NCBI GenBank assembly: GCA_947581645.1
Contig: CANPVF010000159.1
Span: 2,904-66,903 of the forward strand
Reading direction: 5' to 3'
Length of the DNA: 64,000 nt
From: Candidatus Caribbeanibacter nitroreducens
GTDB lineage: Bacteria > Gemmatimonadota > Gemmatimonadetes > Palauibacterales > Palauibacteraceae
Part shown: piece after piece, positions 48,244 through 58,340 of the stretch
How positions within the stretch are numbered: the first letter of the stretch is position 1
How the letters are laid out: every line of letters begins with the position of its first letter
Made by a program: the position numbers and the translations under genes
The notes under the pieces: model-generated
The model's database searches: none
What the model was told of the DNA's origin: nothing
Seen by the model: the letters and a program-made list of their open reading frames with translations, nothing else

Positions 48244-49235
48244 ACGCCCGCTCCCGCGGGCTCGGGTCGACCCTCCTGCCGCGCTCCTCGATCGGGGACG
48301 CGGCCGGGACCGGCTCACCCGGTGAGCTCGCCGGTCGGCTGTCCCGGGCCGGATATCCTCCGGACCGTGGGGACCTGCCCTCCACGGCACGCGGGCTGGA
48401 CCGGGCCGTCGGACGGGTCCACGGCTGGCGCCTCACGGTTCTCCATCGATGGGCGGGCGACCTCCGTGAGCTGCTTCCCGTGGTGTTCGAGGCGGAGGAC
48501 CGGCGGAGCCTGCGCGCTCTCCTCCGCGGGGTCCGGGAGGGAGCGAGCCCGGAGCGTCGGCTGCGGGGCCTCGTCCCCACCCCGACCCTGCCCCGAACGG
48601 CCCTGGAGCGTATGGCGGAGACGAGCAGCATCGAGGATCTCTCCCAGCTGCTGCGGGACGAGGCACATCCCCTGGCCGGTGCGCTGAGGGACACGGCGAG
48701 TCCGCCCCTCTCCCCGGCGGACCTCTACGACGCGGAGCTGGCGCTGGACCGGGCCTTCGCGCAGAGGGCGACCGGAGCCGCCTCTGGGGACCGGGAGCTC
48801 CAGCGGTTCGCGGCCCGGATCGTGGACCGGACCAACGCATGGACGCTCCTCCTGGCCGACGCCGCCGAGGGAGAGCCGGGCCCCGGGGACCTCCGCCTCC
48901 CGGGCGGCGAGGCGTTCCCGGAGGAGCAGTTCACCAGCATCTACGGGGTCGAGGACGGGGAGGAGCGGCGGCGGCTCGTGGCGGAGCAGCTGGACGGCCG
49001 CGGCGGCGAACTGCTCTCCGATCCGACGGTCCCCCCCTCGCGGCTGGGCGACCACCTCCTGGAGAGCGACATTCGCTGGACCCGCGAACGGGCCCTCCGG
49101 TCTCCCCTGGGCCCGTGGCCGTTCCTCCACCTGGTCCTCCGGTCCCGCGCCGAGAGCCGGGACCTCAGGAGCCTGGTGTGGTCGGCGGCCATGGGTGCGC
49201 CGGCTTCCGCCTTCCGACCGGTGACCCCGTCGTGA
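48219..49235 (+). CDS. atpC: V/A-type ATPase subunit C (d)
   Basis: LNARSRGL...LL, ELALDRAF, VDRTN and E..DLR motifs; position in operon. Confidence 0.82.
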   Translation: MGGDWGPLNARSRGLGSTLLPRSSIGDAAGTGSPGELAGRLSRAGYPPDRGDLPSTARGLDRAVGRVHGWRLTVLHRWAGDLRELLPVVFEAEDRRSLRALLRGVREGASPERRLRGLVPTPTLPRTALERMAETSSIEDLSQLLRDEAHPLAGALRDTASPPLSPADLYDAELALDRAFAQRATGAASGDRELQRFAARIVDRTNAWTLLLADAAEGEPGPGDLRLPGGEAFPEEQFTSIYGVEDGEERRRLVAEQLDGRGGELLSDPTVPPSRLGDHLLESDIRWTRERALRSPLGPWPFLHLVLRSRAESRDLRSLVWSAAMGAPASAFRPVTPS

Positions 49236-49573
49236 ACGGCGCCGTCGACGAGGGATCGGTCCGGGTCGTGGCCCGGCCCGAGACGTCCCGGGGCTTCCGG
49301 CTGGCCGGCCTGCCCGTCCGGCCCGCCACCGACGGCCCCGGTGCCGAAGAGGTGACCCGACGTCTCGCCAGTCAGGACGACGTGGCCGTGATCTTCGTCC
49401 AGCGCGAGCTGTTCGACGGCCTCGGCGAGGGGCTCCGCCGCTCCCTGGAGGCCACCTCCGTCCCGGTGGTGGTCCCCTTCCCCGATCCCTCGTGGGAGGA
49501 GGCCGGACCGTCGGAGGAGTGGGTCGTGGAGCTGCTGAGGCGCGCCGTGGGGTACCGGGTGCAGCTGCGATGA
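49232..49573 (+). CDS. atpF: V/A-type ATPase subunit F
   Basis: GFRLAGL, PVVVPFP and LLRRAVG; GTG overlaps the subunit C stop. Confidence 0.88.
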   Translation: MNGAVDEGSVRVVARPETSRGFRLAGLPVRPATDGPGAEEVTRRLASQDDVAVIFVQRELFDGLGEGLRRSLEATSVPVVVPFPDPSWEEAGPSEEWVVELLRRAVGYRVQLR

Positions 49574-51432
49574 GCGGCGCCGACGGCGGCGGGAGAGACG
49601 GGGCCGCGGAGGCCCGGGTGACGCGGGTGGCCGGCGCCCTGGTGGAGGCGGCTCCGCTGCCCGCCGCGGCGCTCTACGAGCAGGTGCTCGTCGGCGAGTC
49701 GGGCCTGGCCGGCGAAGTGATCCGAACCCGGGGCGAGATCGCCGTCGTCCAGCTGTTCGAGGACAGCGACGGGCTGGAGCTGGGCGAGCCGGTGGAGCGC
49801 ACCGGGTCCACGCTCACCGCGGAGCTCGGCCCCGGGCTCCTGGGCTCGGTGCTGGACGGCGTCGGGCGGCCGCTCGAGCTGATCGCCGACGAGACCGGGC
49901 CGTTCATCGAACCGGGGAGTAGCGCCCGGACCCTGGACCGGGAGCGGACCTGGGCCTTCACGCCGGAGCGATCCGCCGGCGAGGAGGTGGCGCCGGGCGA
50001 CGTCCTGGGACACGTCCGGGAGACCCCGGAGATCGCCCACCAGGTGCTGGTGCCACGCGATGGAGGCGGAATCCTGGCCGGGATCGACGGCGGGGAGTAC
50101 GCGGTGGACGAGCCCATCGGCCGGATGGAGGACGGCCGCGAGCTCACCCTCCTCCGCCGGTGGCCGGTGCGCCGACCGCGTCCCGCCGGGGAGCGCCTCC
50201 CGGCCGACCGCCCCTTCGTCACCGGCCAGCGCGTCTTCGACCTCCTCTTTCCCGTGGCCGAAGGGGGGAGCGTCTCGGTGCCGGGCGGCTTCGGCACCGG
50301 GAAGACCGTGGTGGAGCAGACCCTGGCCCGGTACGGCGACGCCGACGTCATCGTCTACGTGGGCTGCGGCGAGCGGGGCAACGAGATGGCGGAGCTGCTG
50401 TCGGAGTTTCCCGAGCTGGAGGACCCGAGGACGGGCCGCCCCCTCATGGAGCGGACGGTCCTGGTGGTGAACACCTCGAACATGCCCGTCGTGGCCCGTG
50501 AGGCGTCGGTCTACCTGGGGATCACCATCGCCGAGTACTACCGGGACATGGGCCTCCGGGTGGCGCTGCTGGCCGACTCGATCTCGCGGTGGGCCGAGGC
50601 GCTGCGGGAGATCAGCTCGCGACTCCAGGAGATGCCGGGGGAGGAGGGCTACCCCACCTACCTGGCCGACCGGCTCGGCAAGATTTACGAGCGGTCGGGC
50701 CGCGTCCGGGTGCCGGGCTCGCCCGAGCGGGCCGGTGCCCTCACCCTGATCACCGCCGTCTCGCCTCCCGGGGGCGACTTCTCGGAGCCGGTGACCCAGG
50801 CCTCCCTGCGGGTGGCCGGCGGCGTGTGGGCGCTGGACAGCGAGCTGGCCAACCAGCGGCACTATCCCGCCGTGGACTGGGAGACCAGCTACAGCCTGTA
50901 CGAGGAGCAGACCGGGGAGTGGTTCGCCGGGGAGGTGGCCCCGGACTGGCCCGAGGTGCGCCGCGACGCGCTGGAGCTCCTGGACCGGGAGCGGGACCTG
51001 CGGGAGATCGTGAACCTGGTGGGACCCGAGTCCCTGGAGGACGACGACCGCCTCCTCCTGGAGGCCGCGCGCATGCTGAGGGAGCTGGTCCTGGCCCAGA
51101 ACGCCTTCGACCCCGTGGACGCCTACTCCCCGCCGGAGAAGACCCATCTCCTGACCTCCCTGATCCTGGACTACCGCCGGGCGGCCGCCGACGTCCTGGA
51201 GGAGGGCGTGGAGTTCGTCCGCCTGAAGACGGGGCCGGTGAGGGAAGCCGTGCGGCGCGTGCGCCAGGCGCCGGAGGACGAGCTCGATGAGCGCGCCCGT
51301 CGCGCGCAGGAGCTGGTGGCAGAGGTTCCCCGCGGGGAGCCCGCCGGCGGTACCGGGAAGCCAACGGACGAGGCGCCGGAACGCGGGGACGACGGGGAGC
51401 CGGAGCCGCCGGAGGAGGAGGGCGGACCGTGA
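49570..51432 (+). CDS. atpA: V/A-type ATPase catalytic subunit A
   Basis: GGFGTGKT, GCGERGNEM, NTSNMPVVAREAS, EEGYPTYL and SPPGGDFSEPVTQ motifs. Confidence 0.97.
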   Translation: MSGADGGGRDGAAEARVTRVAGALVEAAPLPAAALYEQVLVGESGLAGEVIRTRGEIAVVQLFEDSDGLELGEPVERTGSTLTAELGPGLLGSVLDGVGRPLELIADETGPFIEPGSSARTLDRERTWAFTPERSAGEEVAPGDVLGHVRETPEIAHQVLVPRDGGGILAGIDGGEYAVDEPIGRMEDGRELTLLRRWPVRRPRPAGERLPADRPFVTGQRVFDLLFPVAEGGSVSVPGGFGTGKTVVEQTLARYGDADVIVYVGCGERGNEMAELLSEFPELEDPRTGRPLMERTVLVVNTSNMPVVAREASVYLGITIAEYYRDMGLRVALLADSISRWAEALREISSRLQEMPGEEGYPTYLADRLGKIYERSGRVRVPGSPERAGALTLITAVSPPGGDFSEPVTQASLRVAGGVWALDSELANQRHYPAVDWETSYSLYEEQTGEWFAGEVAPDWPEVRRDALELLDRERDLREIVNLVGPESLEDDDRLLLEAARMLRELVLAQNAFDPVDAYSPPEKTHLLTSLILDYRRAAADVLEEGVEFVRLKTGPVREAVRRVRQAPEDELDERARRAQELVAEVPRGEPAGGTGKPTDEAPERGDDGEPEPPEEEGGP

Positions 51433-52844
51433 CGATTCCCCGAGTTCACCACGGTGTCGCCGCGGCACGGGGCCCCCTGCTCTTCCTGGACGGCACCCGC
51501 CGGGCCGTCATGGGCGAGTGGGCGGAGATCGAGACCGAGGAAGGGCGGTCCCTCCGCGGGCAGGTCATCGAGGCCGGCCGTGAGGTGACGGTGGTCCAGG
51601 TGCTGGAGGAGACCCTGGGCCTCGCCCCCGGAGACGTCGAGGTGACGCTCACCGGCAGGCTGGCCACGGCGGCCGTCGGCCGCGAGATGCTGGGGCGGGT
51701 CTTCTCGGGCAACGGTGTCCCCCTGGACGACCTGCCGGAGCCGGCGGGCGCCGAGTCCCGACCTCTGTCCGGCCGCCCCATGAACCCGGTGCGCCGCGAC
51801 CGCCCCTCCGACTTCATCGAGACCGGGATCTCGGTCATCGACGGCATGAATACCCTGGTGCGGGGCCAGAAGCTGCCGGTGTTCTCCGGCCCCGGCCTGC
51901 CGGGTCTCGAGCTGGCCGCGCGGGTCGTGGAGGGGGCACGGATCCCCGGCGACCGTCCCTTCGCCGTGATCTTCGTGGCGCTGGGCATCACGGAGCGGGA
52001 GACGCGTCGGTTCCTGGATCGGTTCCGGGGGAGCGACGTCATGACCCGGACGACCCTCTTCCTGAACCGGGCGGCCGACCCCACCATCGAGCGGCTCCTG
52101 GCGCCGCGGCACGCCCTGTCGCTGGCCGAGCACCTGGCTTTCGACGAGGGCATGGAAGTGCTCGTCGTGAGCGCCGACATCACCCACTACTGCGAGGCCC
52201 TGCGAGAGATCAGCGCCGCGCGGGAGGAGATGCCCGGCCGGCGGGGCTTCCCCGGACACATGTACACCGACCTGGCCAGCCTCTTCGAGCGGGCCGGCGT
52301 GGTCGAGGGACGGGACGGCTCCCTCACCCAGATGCCGGTGCTCACCATGCCCAACGACGACATCACCCACCCGGTTCCGGACCTCACCGGCTACATCACC
52401 GAGGGACAGATCGTCCTGGGGCGGGAGCTCCACCGCCGGGGACTCTTCCCGCCGGTGGACGTCCTTCCGTCCCTGTCGCGACTGATGAACGCCGGCGTGG
52501 GCGAGGAGAAGACCGTGGCGGACCACCGGGCGTGGGCCGACCAGCTCTACGCCGTCTACTCCCGGGGACGCGACGCCCGAGAGACCGCCGCCATCGTCGG
52601 CGAGGGGGGACTCCCCGACGAGGACCGGCGGGCCCTGGAGTTCGCCGACCGGTTCGAGGAGGCGTTCGTCCACCAGGGCGAGGAGCGGCGCACGGTGGAA
52701 GAGAGCGTGGAGATCGGCTGGGGGCTGCTGCGGGACCTGCCCCGGGACGACCTGGGACGGATCGACGACGAGGTGTGGAGCCGGCACGGTGAGGGGCGGG
52801 ATCGGAGCGGGGCCGGGCGGACGGAGCGGGAGGACGAGCCGTGA
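51429..52844 (+). CDS. atpB: V/A-type ATPase subunit B
   Basis: TLVRGQKLPVFSG, PGRRGFPGHMYTDL, DDITHPVPDLTGYITEGQ and PSLSRLM motifs. Confidence 0.97.
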   Translation: MTIPRVHHGVAAARGPLLFLDGTRRAVMGEWAEIETEEGRSLRGQVIEAGREVTVVQVLEETLGLAPGDVEVTLTGRLATAAVGREMLGRVFSGNGVPLDDLPEPAGAESRPLSGRPMNPVRRDRPSDFIETGISVIDGMNTLVRGQKLPVFSGPGLPGLELAARVVEGARIPGDRPFAVIFVALGITERETRRFLDRFRGSDVMTRTTLFLNRAADPTIERLLAPRHALSLAEHLAFDEGMEVLVVSADITHYCEALREISAAREEMPGRRGFPGHMYTDLASLFERAGVVEGRDGSLTQMPVLTMPNDDITHPVPDLTGYITEGQIVLGRELHRRGLFPPVDVLPSLSRLMNAGVGEEKTVADHRAWADQLYAVYSRGRDARETAAIVGEGGLPDEDRRALEFADRFEEAFVHQGEERRTVEESVEIGWGLLRDLPRDDLGRIDDEVWSRHGEGRDRSGAGRTEREDEP

Positions 52845-53533
52845 ACGGCGGGAGCCGCCGTCCCCCGACCCGGTTCAACCTGGTGCGCGCCCGCCGGCGG
52901 CTGGAACGGATCCGCCGGGGCCGCGACCTCCTGAAGCGGAAGCGGCGCGCCCTGGTGAGCGAGCTCTTCCGCATCGCCCGCCCTGCGGTCGACGCCCGGG
53001 CCCGGGTCTCGGAGCAGGCCGCCCGGGCCTATCCGGCGCTCCTGGATGCGCACTCCGCGCGTCCCGACGCGGATCTGGAGGCGCTGGGCTGGCCCACGCG
53101 CGACCTCCGGGTCCGCCTGCGGCCCGTGGAAGTGTGGGGCATCTCCGCGGCCGAGATCGCCGACCGCGACGAGCCCGGGCGCACCCTGGAGGCGCGGGGC
53201 ACCCCCGCCTCGTCCGCGGGACCCGCCGCGGTGCGGGCCGCCGCCGAGTTCGAGGCTCTGACGGGCCTGCTCCTGGACGCCGCGTCCCGCGAGATGCTGC
53301 TGCGCAGCCTGGCCCGGGCCCTGCGGCGGACCACGCGTCAGCTCAACACGCTGGAGCAGCGACTCATCCCGGAGCTTGAGACCGAGATCGACGAGATCGA
53401 GAGGATCCTGGACGAGCGGGAGCGCGAGGAGCACGTCCGCGTGCGCCGGCTCCTCCGGCGCCGGGGCCGCGGCCCGCTCTCGGGATCGGCCCCCGACGCG
53501 GGCAGGACCTCGTCCCTGGGCGCCGGCGTCTGA
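52841..53533 (+). CDS. atpD: V/A-type ATPase subunit D
   Basis: PTRFNL...G.DLLKRKR, TTRQLNTLE and LDERERE motifs. Confidence 0.93.
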   Translation: MNGGSRRPPTRFNLVRARRRLERIRRGRDLLKRKRRALVSELFRIARPAVDARARVSEQAARAYPALLDAHSARPDADLEALGWPTRDLRVRLRPVEVWGISAAEIADRDEPGRTLEARGTPASSAGPAAVRAAAEFEALTGLLLDAASREMLLRSLARALRRTTRQLNTLEQRLIPELETEIDEIERILDEREREEHVRVRRLLRRRGRGPLSGSAPDAGRTSSLGAGV

Positions 53534-53586
53534 TCGGCGGTGGGCCGGGCGAACGCCCTGCCCTCTGACGCTCCTCTCCCGCCGCG

Positions 53587-54240
53587 TCAGAACCCCAGCT
53601 TCAGCCCCAGCGTGACCGGGACCGTCGTGCCCTGGTCGAACCCGCCGATACCGTCCCGGATCTCGCCGAAGATGTCGGTGTCGTCCTCGTCGGTGAACAT
53701 CATCGTCCAGGAGCCCCGGAGGAAGAGGTCTCCGGAGAGATCCATGGAGCTGAAGACCGGATAGGCGACTTCCAGGCCTCCGGCGACCGTGGGATAGGTC
53801 TCGGCGAAGTCACCGACGGGATCCCCCGTACCCGGATCGAAGACCACCTGCGGGAAGACCTCTGTGTTGTAGGAGGTCAGCCCGCCCAGGGCGTGGGCCG
53901 AGATGTCCACCGGGCTTCCGGCACCCAGGATCCGGACGTTGGCCCCGACCAGCGCTCTCCACAGCTCCGTGTCCGGCGTGGGCTGGTCGCCCTCGAGCCC
54001 GTACAGGAGCCCCAGCTCGCCGTCGATCCGGAGGTCGACCCGCGGGTGCACCCGATAGCGGGCGGACACGCCGGCCGTCGGTCCCAGGTCCGCCACGTCC
54101 GCCATGTCGGAGACCGGAATCTCCACGCCGCCCCGCGCGTCCACGCTGAACGTGCTCGCGTCCTGCGCGGTGAGCGCGGCGGGTGCCGCGACCAGCAGGA
54201 CGGCAGTGAGTCCCGCGGCGATGCTCGTCCTCTTCCCCAT
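53587..54240 (-). CDS. Small outer-membrane beta-barrel protein
   Basis: Signal peptide LTA-QD; about 8 amphipathic strands; ends in GLKLGF. Confidence 0.75.
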   Translation of the reverse strand: MGKRTSIAAGLTAVLLVAAPAALTAQDASTFSVDARGGVEIPVSDMADVADLGPTAGVSARYRVHPRVDLRIDGELGLLYGLEGDQPTPDTELWRALVGANVRILGAGSPVDISAHALGGLTSYNTEVFPQVVFDPGTGDPVGDFAETYPTVAGGLEVAYPVFSSMDLSGDLFLRGSWTMMFTDEDDTDIFGEIRDGIGGFDQGTTVPVTLGLKLGF

Positions 54241-54405
54241 GGCACGACCCTCCGTTGAGTTCCCGACGTTCTTCGTCTCGACCGCTGCGGCACGTCCACC
54301 CGGCCGCAGATGCTCCCTCGTACCGCAGTCTGTCTCTTCTTCAACGCGTTGAAAAGGCGTTTTCCCGGGTTCCGGGGCCGACGCGGGTCATTCCCGACGC
54401 TCCGT

Positions 54406-54470
54406 CGGGGGAATGTCCCCACATCACCGGCCCGTCAGGAGCAGTCGGGACACGGCAGACGTGCTATATT
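54406..54470 (+). promoter_or_regulatory. Palindromic site plus extended -10 for the 54503 gene
   Basis: CGGGGGAATGTCCCCAC (54406-54422); TGcTATATT (54462-54470); no clear -35. Confidence 0.45.
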
Positions 54471-54502
54471 GGGATACATACGTTTCCATAGAGGAGGCCC
54501 CC

Positions 54503-54937
54503 ATGAACAACCGTGCTGCAGACAGCGGCACACGGACCCTGCTCGTCGCCGCGACGCTTCTGGCCCTGGCGGTGGCCACGGCGTCGTGCGCCACGCGCAG
54601 CCGCGACACCTCGGACGGCCCGGCCGACCGCGGCCCCACCGTCGTCCAGGTCGACAACGGCAACTTCTCCGACGTCGTGGTCTATGCCCTGAGCACGGGA
54701 CAGTACTATCGGCTCGGCGAGGTCACCGGCCACGACCGGGCGACCCTGAGTCTGCCTCGCCAGCTGGACACGGTGAGCGATCTCCGTCTGGTGGCCGATC
54801 CCATCGGATCGAGGAGCTCGTACTTCTCGGACCCGATCCTGTTCGAGCCCGGGGACGTCCTGGTTCTCAACGTCGGGCCGACGATGAACCTCTCCAACGT
54901 CGCGGTGCGAGCCGGGAGGGCCGGCACCGAACGCTGA
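54503..54937 (+). CDS. Small lipoprotein of unknown function
   Basis: GAGGAGG RBS; lipobox TASC; V.VDN.N...V.VY...RLG.V beta-sandwich-like pattern. Confidence 0.75.
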   Translation: MNNRAADSGTRTLLVAATLLALAVATASCATRSRDTSDGPADRGPTVVQVDNGNFSDVVVYALSTGQYYRLGEVTGHDRATLSLPRQLDTVSDLRLVADPIGSRSSYFSDPILFEPGDVLVLNVGPTMNLSNVAVRAGRAGTER

Positions 54938-54942
54938 CCGGG

Positions 54943-55257
54943 TCAGGTCCGGGTGGCGTCCAGGCTGACCACCTCTTCGTCACCGAGCACGCGCGCCGTG
55001 TGCGTGGTGCCGGCGGGGATCGAGGCCCAGTCGCCGGGCTCGAGGACGACCTCCTCGCCCCCGGCCGTCATCCGGAAGCGGCCCGAGACCACGGCGTCGA
55101 TCTTGTCGCGGCGGTGGGTGTGCTCGTCGAAGTAGGTGCCCGGGCGGTACACGTGCCGGGAGACCATGTACCCCTTCGCCTCGAGCTCCGCGCGTAGCGT
55201 CTCCGCGTCGGGGGACTCGTCCTCGTCGTGCCGGTCGCTCCAGCGGCTGACGTCCAT
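54943..55257 (-). CDS. Cupin domain protein
   Basis: HTH...D.VVSG and LEPGD...IPAGTTH motifs; GGGAGGAG RBS. Confidence 0.85.
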   Translation of the reverse strand: MDVSRWSDRHDEDESPDAETLRAELEAKGYMVSRHVYRPGTYFDEHTHRRDKIDAVVSGRFRMTAGGEEVVLEPGDWASIPAGTTHTARVLGDEEVVSLDATRT

Positions 55258-55446
55258 GCTCCTCCCGTGTCCGTTTCCGACTCCGTCCGCAGCTCGGTCG
55301 TGGAGACGGTAAGGTGCGCCGTGCCTCCCGTAGATCGAAGCGCTTTCTCCCGTCCGGCGCACCCCCGATATTCGGCCCGGGCCGAGTCCCGCGGCCCGCC
55401 CGTCGTCCGCCCTCCCGCACGCACGCCCCCGCCAGCAGAGGTCCCC

Positions 55447-57582
55447 ATGCGTCCCGTTTCAGGCTCCCGCCTCTCCGTCTCCTCCGTCTCCGTCCTGGCT
55501 CTCGTCGCCGGTGCCGTGCTGGGGCTCCCCGCGGCCGCGACGGCCCAGGACGGGCTCTCCGTGTCCGAGGTCATGAGCGCCCCGTTCCCGTCCGAGCTCA
55601 CGGCGGCACCGGGCGGCGGGACCGTGGCGTGGGCCCTGTACGAGGAGGGCGTCCGGAACGTCTACGTCGCCGGAGCGCCGGACTACCGGGGGCGGCGCCT
55701 CACCCCGTATACCCGGGACGACGGACAGGCCATCGGGGACGTGTCCTTCACCGCGACCGGCGACCGGGTGGTCTACGTGCGTGGCGGATCTCCGAACGAC
55801 GCCGGGCTCAGCCCCAACCCGACGAACGCCCCGGGCGGCCAGGAGCGGGCCATCTGGAGCGTCTCCGTCTCGGGAGACGGAGATCCCGTGCGGCTGGCCG
55901 AGGGGCACAGCCCGGTTCCCTCTCCTGCCGGCAGCCGCGTGGCCTTCGTCCGGGACGGCGACCTGTGGCTCGTGCCGGCGGCGGGAGACGGGGAGCCGCG
56001 GCGCGCCGTGCGCGAGAAGGGGAGCGTGGAGGAGATCCGCTGGTCGCCTGCGGGCGACCGGATCGCCTTCGTCACCGACCGGGGCGAGCACGCCTTCGTG
56101 GCGATCCACGAGCCGGGTGGCGAGGCCGTGACCTACCTGGACCCGGGCCTGTCGGAGGACCGCAGTCCGGTCTGGTCGCCGGACGGCCGCCGGGTGGCGT
56201 TCATCCGCGTTCACCCGTCGTCGGATCCACCCTACTCCACCGACCGCACCGGCCCGGGCTGGGAGCTCCGCGTGGCGGACGCCGGCTCCGGAGAGGGCCG
56301 GGTGGTGTGGAGCGCTCCCGAGGGCCGGGGAAGCGCCTTCTACCCCCTGGCCGGCGACCGGCAGCTCTTCTGGAGTGTCGGGGGGAACCTGATCTTTCCC
56401 TGGGAGCGGGACGGCTGGCGCCACCTGTACGCCGTGCCGGTCGACGGCGGCGACCCCGACCGGCTCACCCCGGGGGAGGGGATCGTCGAGAGCGCCACCC
56501 TCGACCCGGACCGGGAGACACTGCTCTACACCTCGAACATCGGCGACATCGATCGGCGCCACGTGTGGCGCGTCCCGGCCGACGGCGGGGGTGAGCCGCG
56601 GCAGCTGACGTCGGACGACGGCATCCAGTGGTCCCCGGTCGTCGCCTCCGGGGACGGCGCCGTGGCCTACCTGGCCTCCGGCGCGCGGCGCCCCGGGCAC
56701 GCCCGCATCGACCCGGAGGACGGGGAGGACCGCGCCCTGGCGCCGCAGAACCTGCCCGAGGAGTTCCCGGGGCAGCGGCTGGTGGAGCCCGAGCCGGTGA
56801 CCCTCTCCGGGGCCGACGGAAAGCGCGTTCGCGGACAGCTCTTCACCCCGCCGGGGGCGGAGGCCGGCGACGGGCGGCCTGCCGTGCTCTTCCTCCACGG
56901 GGGCTCGCGGCGCCAGATGCTCCTGGGCTGGCACTACATGCGGTACTACCACAACTCGTACGCCATGAACCAGTACCTGGCGAGCCGGGGCTACGTGGTG
57001 CTGTCGCTCAACTACCGGAGCGGCATCGGCTACGGACTCGAGTTCCGGGAGGCCCGTCGCTGGGGCGCCCGCGGGGCCAGCGAGTTCCTGGACGTGCTGG
57101 GGGCCGGCCTCTGGCTCCGGGACCGCCCCGAGGTCGACGGCGACCGAATCGGCCTGTACGGCGGCTCCTACGGCGGATATCTGACGGCGCTGGGCCTGGC
57201 CCGCGCCTCCGACCTGTTCGCCGCCGGCGCCGACTTCCACGGCGTCCACGACTGGAACATCGAATTCGAGTTCGACGGCGTGGACCTGCCGTACGCGGTG
57301 GACTCGCTGGAGAGCGTGCAGCAGCTGGCCTGGCGCTCCTCGCCCATGGCATGGACCGATGGATGGAGCTCGCCCGTACTCTTCGTACACGGCGACGACG
57401 ACCGCACCGTTCCCTTCCGCGAGTCCGTCCGCCTGGCCGAGCGCCTCCGAGCCCGGGGCGTCCCCTTCGAGGAGTTCGTGATCCCCGGCGACGTGCACGA
57501 CTTCCTCATGCACCGCCACTGGGTCGAGGCGTACCGCCGGACGGCGGACTTCTTCCGACGAGAGCTGAAAGGACGACGATGA
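55447..57582 (+). CDS. S9 family (DPP IV/prolyl oligopeptidase-like) secreted peptidase
   Basis: Signal peptide; WSPDG propeller repeats; HGG, GGSYGG, HGDDD and H catalytic motifs. Confidence 0.92.
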   Translation: MRPVSGSRLSVSSVSVLALVAGAVLGLPAAATAQDGLSVSEVMSAPFPSELTAAPGGGTVAWALYEEGVRNVYVAGAPDYRGRRLTPYTRDDGQAIGDVSFTATGDRVVYVRGGSPNDAGLSPNPTNAPGGQERAIWSVSVSGDGDPVRLAEGHSPVPSPAGSRVAFVRDGDLWLVPAAGDGEPRRAVREKGSVEEIRWSPAGDRIAFVTDRGEHAFVAIHEPGGEAVTYLDPGLSEDRSPVWSPDGRRVAFIRVHPSSDPPYSTDRTGPGWELRVADAGSGEGRVVWSAPEGRGSAFYPLAGDRQLFWSVGGNLIFPWERDGWRHLYAVPVDGGDPDRLTPGEGIVESATLDPDRETLLYTSNIGDIDRRHVWRVPADGGGEPRQLTSDDGIQWSPVVASGDGAVAYLASGARRPGHARIDPEDGEDRALAPQNLPEEFPGQRLVEPEPVTLSGADGKRVRGQLFTPPGAEAGDGRPAVLFLHGGSRRQMLLGWHYMRYYHNSYAMNQYLASRGYVVLSLNYRSGIGYGLEFREARRWGARGASEFLDVLGAGLWLRDRPEVDGDRIGLYGGSYGGYLTALGLARASDLFAAGADFHGVHDWNIEFEFDGVDLPYAVDSLESVQQLAWRSSPMAWTDGWSSPVLFVHGDDDRTVPFRESVRLAERLRARGVPFEEFVIPGDVHDFLMHRHWVEAYRRTADFFRRELKGRR

Positions 57583-58331
57583 CCGGCAGCGACGAGACAC
57601 CGACCGTGGCCGTGACGGCCCCCGTTCGCCTGAGCGAGAGGGCGATCCCGGAGGTGGTCCTGGAGGCCGGCTACCAGCAGGGCCTCGACATCGCCGAGAC
57701 GGACCTCCTGCCGGTCTCTCCCGTCGATTCCGTGCCCAACGCCCGCCGCAAGGTGCGGCGCGCCGACGGTCTCCTGCTCACCGGAGGCGAGGACGTGGAT
57801 CCGCGCCGCTACGGAGAAGATCCCGACGGGGCGCGGCAGGTGTCCTTCGAGCGGGACGAGGTGGAGTTCGCCGCCGTGGAGCAGGCCGTGGAGGACGGGG
57901 TGCCCACCTTCGGCGTCTGCCGGGGCATGCAGCTCCTGAACGTGGCCCTCGGGGGCTCTCTCTGGCAGGACCTCGGGCACCGGGACGTCGAGCCCGACAT
58001 CGACCACCACGACCGCTTCTCCGTGGACCGGCCGGTGCACGACATCCGGGTCCGGGACCCGGAGCTGATGGACGGGGTCTTCGCCTCGCCGCTCTTCAGC
58101 CCGAACTCCTCCCACCACCAGGGCGTACGCGAGGTCGCCGACCCCCTGGAGCCCGTGTGCCGCGCCGAGGACGGGCTGGTGGAGGGGCTCGAGTTCCGGC
58201 CCGGGGACGAGGGGGTCCCGTGGATCGCCGGCGTGCAGTGGCATCCCGAGCGGATGATCGGCGAGGGGTCCGGCACCCACCGCCGGCTCTTCCGGCGCTT
58301 CGGCAGCGTGGTCCGCGGCCGCCCCGCGTGA
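57579..58331 (+). CDS. Gamma-glutamyl-GABA hydrolase-like protein (peptidase C26, class I GATase fold)
   Basis: LLLTGGEDVDP, GVCRGMQ, NSSHHQ and VQWHPE motifs. Confidence 0.9.
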   Translation: MTGSDETPTVAVTAPVRLSERAIPEVVLEAGYQQGLDIAETDLLPVSPVDSVPNARRKVRRADGLLLTGGEDVDPRRYGEDPDGARQVSFERDEVEFAAVEQAVEDGVPTFGVCRGMQLLNVALGGSLWQDLGHRDVEPDIDHHDRFSVDRPVHDIRVRDPELMDGVFASPLFSPNSSHHQGVREVADPLEPVCRAEDGLVEGLEFRPGDEGVPWIAGVQWHPERMIGEGSGTHRRLFRRFGSVVRGRPA

Positions 58332-58340
58332 GACGCTCCG

